A stretch of 64,000 nucleotides of DNA from Guillardia theta CCMP2712 (lineage: Eukaryota > Protista > Cryptophyta): contig NW_005434646.1 of assembly GCF_000315625.1 (NCBI RefSeq), forward strand, positions 542,966-606,965, written 5' to 3'. The position numbers were made by a program, and so were the translations under genes. The notes beneath the pieces are model-generated. The model did no database searches. It saw only the letters and a list, made by a program, of their open reading frames with translations, and was not told the DNA's origin. This document shows positions 54,001-64,000 of this stretch, in pieces (position 1 is the first letter of the stretch; each line of letters begins with the position of its first letter).

Positions 54001-57000
54001 CGCGTCGACGAGCGTCGACGAGTCATTCGCCCCTGCCTCGCAGAATATTCCTGCCAAGCACTTGAAGCCCGTATTATGTTGAAGTCCATTGGATGGGCAA
54101 AATTGCCCAGATGGGCACAGCTTGCATTCTGACAAAGAAGCGGCTTTCAAGTTACCATTGTACGTACTTAAGGGACATGCATTTGGAATGATCGTTCCAA
54201 GAGGACAATAATGGCCAACTGGGCAATCAGAGGGATTGCTAGTACCAAAAGATGTGCAATGATATCCTTCAGGACAGATAGAACATGAGCTACTACCGAG
54301 ACTGGATGAAAATGTTCCTGGTAAACAGTCGATTCCAATGTAGGATCCTGTAGGGCAAAACGAACCGGTCGGGCATATGTTTCCAAACGTTCCTTCAGGT
54401 GAACTAGAATTCGATCCCCCTAGGCAAAAGAAACCTGCGCTACAAGGTCCATCTGGTATGGTATTGTTCTCCTCGCTGCAATACATACCTGGTGAGCATG
54501 GAATGCAAGCAAATATGTCACTTGCACCAATTGTAGGGTTGAAAGTCCTTGGAGGGCAAGGTAGTGGGAATTCTGTCCCATTTGGACAGAACGAGCCGGG
54601 GTGGCATAATCCGTTAGGAGGAGTTGGTGATTTCGAACCAGGAGGGCAGAAATACCCATCGAGACATTTGCCTGAAGGCTTAGTCAATCCATAGCCATTG
54701 CAATACATTCCTCCAGTACATGGCTGACATTGAGACTGTCTATCCAAGCCACTAACATTGCTATAAGTCCCAAGAGGACACATGGATGGCAAAGGGCTAC
54801 TCGAGGGGCAAAAGCTGCCTTTTGGGCACAACAATGGGAAGACGGTTGCTCCAGGGCAAAAATAGCCTGGAAGACACGCAGAACAATGAGATGAATTGGC
54901 GGCTCCGGTTTCTGAGCGATAAGTTCCAGCAGGACATGGTATCTGAGTACTTTTTTGTGATCCAGGCGGGCAAAAATACCCAGGAGAACACATTTGCTGT
55001 GACCAGTCACTCGTACCAAAACCACACCAATAAGATGGCGGACAGGTATCACAATCTTTCAAGCTCGCGGCACCTGTGATTTTCACATATGTCCCAGCAG
55101 GACATGGTATCATTCTGTCTGTACCCTCAGGACAGTAATATCCAACTTGACAACTGAAATTTGACCATTCTGGTACAACACTTGTTCCAGAGGGGCAATA
55201 CATTCCACCAGGACACGTTTTGGCTTCCAGTTCAATGCCGCTAGTATTCCCAACATCACAGAAGTGACCAGCTGGACATAGGCTGCAGATGGATTGCCCT
55301 TCAAATGAATACTTGCCCACTCCACAAGGGACAGGTGCAGTCATGCCTTTGTCAGGGCAATAGTACCCGGATAGACAAGATGTACATTCAGGATATGAAC
55401 TAAAGAGATTCATAGAAACGGCTATTCCTGAATTCCAAAAATATGAAAGAGTACTTTCAGAGTTCAAACTCGAAACACTTGAACCTGCTCTTTCCGTTCT
55501 TGACAAAGCTGAGAAAGTTCCCTCCAAGCATGGAAAAGGAGACTTGCTTCCCTCCGGACAAAAGTAGCCCTCCGGACATGGCAGACATTGATCTGAAGTT
55601 GTAAATCCTTTTGATCCACCATAGGTTCCAGCAGGACATGGAAACAGGAGAAAATCTCCAGTCTTCTCGGGGCAGAAGTAACCAGCTGGACACTCACCGG
55701 TAACATTAGACTGCCCTCCAGCACAGAAATACCCTGGTGGACATGGCCAGCATTCAGCCTCAGAAGCAAGAGATGCCTGCGGCGAAAATGTGCCTGGCAG
55801 GCACGGGTACTGTGTCGGAAACATAGTTCCCTCCGGACAGAAATGCCCTCTAGCACAAGGTAAGATGGGCTGTGTTGGATCACCAGTACCAGCCAGACAT
55901 GCGTATCTTGCTGGGCAGATGAGACAATCTGCTTCCTGAATCAATGCAGTGGAATTCTCATTGTAATAACCTGCAGGACAAGGAACCTGGGTAGGATAGA
56001 CCGTACCCCTAGGACAAAAGTGGCCGAGAGAGCATTCGACGTTTGGAAGAGACAGCCCTGGTTGTGAACATGCAAATCCTGCTGTACAAGGTATGCATTG
56101 AGCTTGAGCTGCATTTCCCTCTTTTGGAGAAAAAGTACCCATTGGACAAGAATATGGCCATGAGCTGCCCTGCGGACAGTAATGACCAGGCGTACATACA
56201 ACGCACTCTTGAATCGAATTCCCTGAGCCTCTACTCAAGTAATATCCTCCTGGGCAGGGTGATGGAGAAGAAGATCCAGCTGGACAAAAGGATCCAGCAG
56301 GGCAAGGCATGATATTGCTGCTTGAAGATCCTGATGGGCAAAAATTCCCTTCAGGGCATATTTCGCACACATCTGATGTCTGAGCCCCTGTTTGATCGCT
56401 GTAGGTTCCTGAAGGACAAGGATACTCAGTACCAAATTTGGTGCCAGAGGGACAATAAAATCCAGGAGGACATAAGCTTGAGATATAATTTTCGCTTTGC
56501 TCCAAGCAATAAAAGCCTGCTGGACAGGTGTTGCACTCGAGGGAACTGGTAGCACCCAATACATTGTTGAATGTCCCTGCAGGGCAAGGAATAAAGCTTG
56601 AGCCATCACAATATCCACCCAACGGACAGATGTCTTTGGCAGGTGCAGGTTCTGTTGCTGGAAATCTACAGAGAAATCCAGCATCACAAGACCGACAAAG
56701 ACTTTCTTTCTCTGGGCTCCATTGCCCTGTCGGACAAGGAGATGGTGCATATTCAGCATAAGGACATTCATATGCCGCTGGACACGATAAGCATGCGGTC
56801 ATGCCATCATCACTATACCAACCATCTTGACATGGAATTGGTGCACTGGAGGAATTTCGACACATATTCCCAGCCGGACACGAGATGCACTCTGAAAGGC
56901 CTCCTGTGGAATATCTTCCTGGCAGGCATGGAGAAGGTAACTCTACTCCAGTGGGACATTCGTATCCTGCAGGGCAAAGAGAACATGTGCTGTGACCCTG

Positions 57001-60000
57001 TAGCGAGAACGTTCCTGGTTGACATGGGTCAATCGTGCTGGAATTCTTCTGCGGACAGGCGAAACCCAAAGGGCAAGCGGCGCAAAATGTAGACCCTGCA
57101 AGTGACCAGCTTCCTTCTGTACACATGGCTGGTTCTGAGGCAGAATCTTTGCACATGGAACCAGCGGGACATTCTGCACAACTTGTGCTGTTCTCAGCGC
57201 TCCATGTTCCCTCAGAACAGAACAACGGGAAACTCATACCCACCCAGGGGCATTCACTTCCAGGAGGGCACACTGTACAGAACGCTGAACCTTCAATGGA
57301 AAAGCTGCCTGCTTGGCATTTGAGGGGATATTCTTCTTTCACCTTACAATGAGATCCTGCTGGACAAACCAGACATGCGGTCTGATTTCCCACAGAGTAG
57401 AATCCATCTGCACAGGGGCTTCCAACACTATTGCCCTCAGGACACTGCATCCCAGCCGGGCACGAAGAGCAGACAGTTTGATATCCTAGCGAGTAACTTC
57501 CAGCTGGACATCGCTGCCAACACTGATCAATGCTAGAGCTATTCGACCCAGACACCTCAGTGTGGTTCAGATCAGACTGCAGATCGACACTTCTCAAAGC
57601 GCTTTCACAAGGTGCGCAATTGGTAGAGCAGCAATAATATCCAGCAGGGCATGGGCTGCATGCTGTATAGGACTGTAACGAGAACGTCCCTGGTGCACAT
57701 ATCTGCGGCAGAAATGAAGGATTTGGACAAAAGTAGCCAGCGGGACAATCCATGCACGTCAAATTTACATGATTCACATATTGTCCTGGTTTACATTTGG
57801 AAGGACTTTTGGATCCAAGCGTACACAATTCATCACCCTCACAAAGTTGTGGATGATTAGCTTTCATTGGACAAAAGGAGCCTTCCGGACAAGTTGTGCA
57901 AAAAGTGGAGTTACCTGTAGAAAAGGATCCGATAGGACAAGGAAAAACTGACGCTGGGTGGGGGCAAAACATTCCAGGAGGACATAATGTACAGAATGAC
58001 GCATTAGATTCTGAAAAGGAGCCGAGCCCACATTGAAGACACACTGAAGCTCCTGTCCCTGCAAAAGTACCAGGTTCACATGAAATTGGAAGTGAGCTTG
58101 AACCATTGCAAAATTTTCCGAAAGGACATTCGCTGCAATGGTTCCAAGATGGTGAGACCGAATATTGACCTGGCGGACAATCAAAGCAAGATGATGAATT
58201 AGCGTTCGAATATTTTCCAAATGCACAAGCTGTAGGTTGGATGCTACCCTCTCCGCATCGAAAACCTTGGGGGCAAAGAAAACAGCGGTCAGATTGAGAG
58301 AAATTCGAATAACTGCCCTGAGGACAAAGTAAACAACCGGACTGAGAGCTTTTTGAATATGTTCCAGGAGGGCAGTCGAAGGCTAGTCCCCCTACGCATT
58401 TTTTGCCAGATGGACATCCCATACATGAGGTTGCTATGTTTGCGGAGTACATGCCATCTGGACACTTGCTGCATGAGCTAAAACTTGATGCTGAGAATGT
58501 TCCCGCAGCACATGCTACAGGAATGCTAGAACCATTTGAACAAGAAAATCCTTGAGGACAAGCGGAGCACGTTGAAGCATTGTTTGGTGCGTACTTGCCA
58601 GGATTACACGCTGTACACGTTGAAGAATGATAAGATGAATACGTTCCCCTTGGGCAATCTTTAGGGATCTGTGAATTCTCGAAATCACAATAGTGCCCCG
58701 GTGGACATTCGAGACAACTCGATGAGCGTAGTTCGGAGGAGAAGGTACCAAGTGGACATGATTTGCAAACGGTACAGTTGGAATCGCAGAAGGTACCTTT
58801 TTGACATGGTAGAGGATGTTGATCCGTGCTGCAGTAGAAACCAGGAGGGCATACTGTACAGGCAGATGCATTCCCGATCGAATACGATCCTGTTTTGCAA
58901 ACGGTACAATTTTCAGCTCCAAACTCAGAGAAAGTTCCCGCTGGACATGGAATAGGTTCAAAAGTTGCAGACGGACAGTCTATTGGGCAATAAAAACCTG
59001 CCGGACAAACGGTACAAGACGAAGACATGGATTTCGAATATTTTCCTGGACTGCATTTTGTACAGATTGTCTGGTTTGGGTGAGAAAAATAGCCAGCGGA
59101 ACATGCTTGCGGAATTTGAGAATCTCTGCAAAAATATCCAGATGGGCAAGGAAAGCAGACACTTGAGGTAGTCGGAGACCATTGGCCGGCTGGACAGTGA
59201 CCACAGACTGTTGCCAACCCTAAGCTGTATGTTCCAGCGGTGCAACTCATGGGTGCTGCGTTCGCGGTTGGACAGAAACTCCCTTGTGGACAAGGAGAAC
59301 AAAAGCCAGCTTTCGAAGTCGAAAAATAACCAAGAGGACAATCCAAGCAAATTCGAACACCGCCAGATGCAAACTTTCCAGATGGACAGGCAACAGGCGA
59401 TTGATCAAAATCACATTGAAAGCCAGGCGGACATCTGAGACAAAATGCAGCGGACTCAGCTTGACAAGAAACGCTAGATCCATTGAAAGGCGAATATCCC
59501 TCTGGACACTGAGTGCAAACCGATTGTCCTGGACCAGAAAATTGCCCAAAAGGACATGGAGTAGGAAATGTATTACCCGGGGGTTCATTTGGACAGTACA
59601 TACCAACAGGACAAGTTTTGCATGTTGTCTTACCTGCTTCCGAATATTTTCCATTCTCGCAAGGAATCGGACTTTCCCAATTTGTTACACAAGCATAACC
59701 CCTTGGACAGATAGAGCAATCCATTTGATTGTCAAAAGAATAAAATCCAGGTTCACATTGTGTGTCAAGCGAACGAGAGCTTAAGCACCTATAACCTGCT
59801 GGACAAGGTATACAGAAAGAGGCACCTGGGTTAGGCGCAATTTTCCCGATGGGACAAACAACACAAGTGTCAAGGGAAAAAGTACCGCTCAGGTTGTTGA
59901 AGGTACCAGGTGGGCAAAGGATGGGATCATGTGATGAATCATTACAATAATGCCCCATCGGACAAGTTGAACAAATTGTTGATGATTCAGCAGAAAATGT

Positions 60001-61911
60001 GCCATTCGGACACGGTAAAGGCGGCATGGATGCATTGGTACAAAAAAAACCTGCTGGACAACGTTTGCACACCTCTTGAGCACCATTTGAATAGAATCCA
60101 GGCAAACACGGGATCATGACATCTGGCTGATCAGGAAATGGGCAAGAATATCCAGATGGACAGGGCAAGCAAGCCATTGACTTCGAATGAGAAATGTAAC
60201 CCGCTCTGCATTGTATCTTTGTCACTGAGGACGGGCATTCAAACCCAGCAGGGCAAGGATTACAAGGAGGACGGCCATTGTCTGAGTAATGCCCATCAAA
60301 ACATTCCTGACAAGAAGTATTCGGATCTTCCCCAGTTTGACAACGCCTGCAACTAGACCGGTCGCAGTCAACTATCAAACCATTCAAACATGAGGAGCAC
60401 ACACTCATCGATGATGATGCAAATGTGCCATCGGGGCATTGTTGTGGTATTGAACCGTTGGTGCAACTGTGTCCTGAAAGACAAGGAATACACTGAGTCT
60501 TATTAGCAAACATCCCATCCGCACAATCCAAGCACGATGTCGCACCACTCAACGACCATTGATTTTCAGGACAAGGTATACAATTGATGTTACCAGCAGA
60601 TGAAAATGTGCCAGGGATACAAACTGAAGGTAATGCATCGACGGATCCACAACGAAATCCAGCTGGACATTCATAACAAGCAGTCTGATTCCCAGCAGAA
60701 TAAGTTCCGGTTGGACATTCAAACTCTACACCGTCTACACAGTAATTGCCCACAGTACAAGTCGCACAAAAAGTTGCACCAATTCCAGCAAAAGATCCTG
60801 CAGGACACGGGATACATGAGACAAGGGAGCCATCTTGCGTGGAGGCGTAGGTTCCTCTTGGGCACGGAGTTATCTGCTTGAGGCCATTTGAACAGATGTG
60901 GCCAGGCGGACACGAAAGGCACATGACCTTGCTATCAGTCAGGATATCAACAGTAGAAAAATATAGTCCAGGTATGCAATCTAAAGTTTTGCAAGCAAAG
61001 GGGAATACCGTGAAAGGAATGCTCCTTGTCTCTCCCAAATTTGGTTGAAAGTGGAATTTCAATGCAAAAGTTGCATTGTAGAACAACTTCAGATGGTTGA
61101 GTTTGATGATTAGATTCGAGAATAAAAATGTACCATTGATTGATACACTGCTGAAACAACCTGTGCCCATCGTACAGTCAAGGAGCGCTCCTGTATCACT
61201 GAAATCCACAAGTTCCACCGACATGCGAGAAGAAGTGTCATGTAAAAGCACGCTACCCTGCGCGTCAAAGCTCTGTACTCGAGAGCTCAAAAGTCCACCA
61301 ACAATGTGATTATTCGGTTGCAACATGATCGTCAGTTTTGCAGGTGACAGAGTGAAGTTTGAGCTTTCCGCCCAAATAACGTCGTTCTCAAGATGCAAAG
61401 AAAATTTCAACGAGAAGTTGAGCCCCGCATTCGAATAAATAACAAGGCCTGAAAAGATGATTGTAGAGTTTGAGACTTGAAATTCCTGCTTTCCTCTAAG
61501 AGAATCTGCTGGAAGACCATTCTTGAAGAGATCTATATCAATGAAAAATTCTGAAAAATTGCAGTGGTCGTGTTCTGTCAAACTGAGAGTAAAATTTCCC
61601 AATTTTGATCCTGATATTCCCTGATATGGTTGAGTGAGGACTTGAAGTCCACACGACGAGCCCAGATGTACCATTTGAAACAGTATAATGCACATTATAA
61701 GCCTTCTTGCTGTTTCAGCGCCAATTGAACCGTATCCCTTTGTGTAGTGCAAACGGTGATAGTAACTGTCTTCTGCGTTCCGTTTCAACACAACTCTCCT
61801 CACTGGGGTTGGTTCCCTCCATCTGATGTCTAGACACCGTCTGTGTGAGGCACCGTCTCTCTCTCCCGACTCCCCAACGCCGGCACCTCCGTTGTGCGAG
61901 TTAGTGTGCAT
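24014..61911 (-). CDS. Giant (~12,000 aa) type-I membrane protein: Ig-like N-terminus, Cys-rich GCC2/GCC3 (ephrin-receptor-like) repeats, SBBP-like beta-propeller cassettes, TM helix, coiled-coil cytoplasmic tail
   Basis: Seven long co-directional ORFs with continuous CPxGxYC repeat content. Clean introns 31853-31899 and 29548-29594 join the last three ORFs in frame. Signal-like MCIILFQMVHLGSSCG near 61690; TM VMLGFLVITAISCALVYY near 30880-30945. The remaining breaks coincide with N-gaps or junctions between repeat copies. Confidence 0.8.
38352..38464. other. Assembly gap (113 N)
   Basis: Run of N; the flanks match the sister copy, where the equivalent interval 43746-43858 is also 113 nt. 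Confidence 0.99.
38470..54050 (-). repeat. Array of six near-identical ~2.7-2.8 kb GC-rich coding cassettes
   Basis: The same antisense marker ORF (MSLHPPPAK...) recurs at 39523, 42238, 44954, 47726, 50558 and 53292. Partial copies also lie at about 37690-38340 and 35935-36160. Confidence 0.97.
50333..50432. other. Assembly gap (100 N, probably of nominal size)
   Basis: Run of exactly 100 N; the flanks deviate from the sister cassette copies, consistent with low-quality contig ends. Confidence 0.99.
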
Positions 61912-62039
61912 GGTGGTGGATAAGGTCGGACCTGAAGGTCAGTTTAGTGATACCTCATCCATCGGGTCCACCTCAGAGCAATGGCTCGGGTACCATTCTG
62001 AGGCTGGCCCACAGTTCTCTGCACAGTTCTGATCAAGAT

Positions 62040-62325
62040 GCAGCTATGGGTATGGGTGGGGATGTGGTTTAAAATCTGATATCTGACACCTTATGACCCT
62101 CAGGTCGTGTAGTTCGAGGGGGGTAGGGTGAATTTTCACTGTTTCTTGGATGCGTGGGGTGGGTAGTACTCAAGATGGGGTATAAGGGGGACATTTCCGA
62201 GACTTTATTCATATCAAGGGGGTAGGGTGTTGAAGGGAGTAGGGTACTGTCTCAAGGAAGATCTTCACACTGGGGTAGAGGTAGAAAGGTTGTAGTAGGT
62301 GGTAGGGTGGTGGGTACAAAGGATC
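62040..62325. promoter_or_regulatory. G-rich (GGGTAGGGTG-type) tract in a bidirectional intergenic region
   Basis: GGTAGGGTG recurs at about 62122, 62221 and 62301, between two divergent genes. Complementary C-rich tracts lie upstream of other genes in the window. The regulatory role is inferred. Confidence 0.4.
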
Positions 62326-62332
62326 ACTTGGC

Positions 62333-64000
62333 ATGGCGCGGTTTATGGTGATAGCCATGCTTATCGCGGCAGCTTCAGGCGAGCAACTCAGACAGGCACA
62401 CTCTTCCTCGTCCCTCGGATTCTCAGTCAATCCTTGCAGCATGGGTATGCTAAAGTCTGGTGTCTCGAGGGCTCGGAGTTCCTGTATCGTCGGGGCTCGG
62501 GCAGGAAGGATGAATCTTGCCGGAAACGAAAGATCTGTATTGAACAGGATGAGAGATACTGTGATAGCTCATTTTCTTGCATCATCTTTGATCCTTGGAA
62601 CACCTTTGGCCGAGTCCTATGCTGCTGTAGAACAACCTAAAGTACCCGAGCGTCAATACGACTTCCAACAAAAGTATCAGGGACGGTTTCTAATTGCGCA
62701 GGACGACTTGGGGATCGGAGATTGGAAGGATCTCCTGAAAGACGAAGCATCTTCACCACCACCGGCTAAACAAGCCCCATCTGCTGTAGCACCTGCAGCG
62801 CCTGCTCAGGAATGACAGCGCGTACATTCTAGTCTAGTTAATGATTTCCCTTTGCAGGCTCCGACTAAGAAGGAGGAGCCCGTCCAGCCGCCAAAGACAG
62901 CGCCTTTGAGTACGACTGACTCGAACAAGAAGTCGACATCTAGTGATAACTTGAAAGCTCCTGACATGAAGAAATTCTCCATGCCCGACAATTTTAAGGC
63001 TCCAGATATGCCGAAATTTTCCATGCCAGAAAACTTCAAAGCTCCCGATATGTCCAAGTTCTCTATGCCCGACAACTTCAAGACTCCTGATATCAAGAGT
63101 TTTGGTATCCCAAAGTCTTTCGATATGAAGATGCCTGAGTTGAAGGCTCCTGCCCCTGCCCCTGCCCCTGCACCGCAAGACAAGTCGGAGAGTTCAAAGG
63201 TGCTGCGAAATGAATTTTCTTTCAATGTTTTCGTTCATACCCTGCAAGGTGAAGGCGAAGACGGTTGAAGATATCGAGGGCAAAGCTTCAAGCAAGAGCT
63301 CTCCAGCTGCGAGGGTGGAGGAGGGCGTGCCAAAGCGGAGTTCAGCTCCTGCTACCACTCCAGCCCCTTTGCCAAAGAAGTCAGAAACGAATGCACCGAA
63401 TGAGCCCAAGGTACGAAAAGGGTAACCTGTGTCAGGATTTTCATGATTAGTGTTGATAGAAAGAAGCCTCAGCTGCGAAACCCTCTGTTTCTTTTGACAG
63501 CTTCAAGGTCAGTCTTCCGAGATTGTGTCTTTTTCTCGTTTCTTCAATCACTAAGTTGCTCCTTGTGATCTTCAGGCCCCTGAGATTCCCAAAGTATCAG
63601 AATTAGTGTTATGACATCAAGTTCTGTTGACGGACTTTTAGGTTTCCACCGATGATGTTTTGAAATCGTTGCAGAATGTCAGAATCCCACAACCTGGAGA
63701 AGAGGTAGTTCTTCCAACGGGTGGAAAGTTTAAGGTCGACTTCTCGCACTCCTTTTTGTTCTTTGCGTATGTAATGATACTCTCTAGATTCCAACGAAGT
63801 TAGAGCCGAATCAAGACTTCCTTGCACCATCTCCAGTTGGTAGAAAATGATTTTTGTTGTTTTTCGAATATGATTGGTTTCCTCGAAAGATTCAGGGGCT
63901 CGTAAATACAATTTCCAAAATCTTGCGTAATTCTTTCCAGGCATTGGATGATTTGTTTTGTGACATGCTCTCAGCGAGAAATCACAACTTGAGATCGAGA
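62333..64000 (+). CDS. Probable plastid-targeted, Pro/Ala/Lys-rich low-complexity protein with 14-aa repeats (3' incomplete)
   Basis: Signal peptide MARFMVIAMLIAAASG, a Ser/Arg-rich transit-like segment, and a second hydrophobic stretch ending ESYA-A. Many short exons with GT-AG boundaries continue to the window end. Confidence 0.65.
62945..63112 (+). repeat. Coding tandem repeat, 4 x 42 bp (14 aa, DNFKAPDMxKFSMP)
   Basis: DNLKAPDMKKFSMP / DNFKAPDMPKFSMP / ENFKAPDMSKFSMP / DNFKTPDIKSFGIP; synonymous positions have diverged. Confidence 0.9.

Noticed and set aside
63609-63944. 111-aa minus-strand ORF
   Set aside because: The plus strand shows consistent short exons and GT-AG introns continuing the 62333 gene; the minus ORF has no motif.
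1-64000. tRNA, rRNA or prokaryotic operon features
   Set aside because: None recognisable by eye; an Infernal or tRNAscan run would be needed to exclude small ncRNAs.

Overview
Compact eukaryotic nuclear DNA with many short (about 45-55 nt) GT-AG introns. The style suggests a cryptophyte-like alga; this is inference, not a database result. Contents from left to right: (1) a head-to-head, nearly intronless gene pair. One gene encodes a multi-pass membrane protein and the other a vWA + alpha-kinase. Both carry the same SHOCT-like + cold-shock/OB-like module, and in the kinase the SHOCT-like unit is expanded into five near-perfect 111-bp repeats. (2) An Rh-family ammonium/gas channel with a large Cys-rich insertion. 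(3) L2HGDH and COX11. (4) A 62-aa spliced micro-protein missing from the ORF track. (5) An SMP-C2 extended-synaptotagmin-like gene and a SPRY + TKL kinase. (6) Scrambled Ty1/copia remnants and LSM3. (7) A ~38-kb gene for a ~12,000-aa type-I membrane protein: Ig-like N-terminus, very many Cys-rich GCC2/GCC3-like repeats, six near-identical ~2.7-kb propeller-containing cassettes, one TM helix and a long coiled-coil tail. It is interrupted by two N-gaps and several frame breaks. (8) The 5' part of a probable plastid-targeted low-complexity repeat protein. The best candidate for an undescribed system is the SHOCT-CSD head-to-head pair at 714-5150; the second is the modular cassette architecture of the giant surface protein. 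All domain calls and counts were made by eye.
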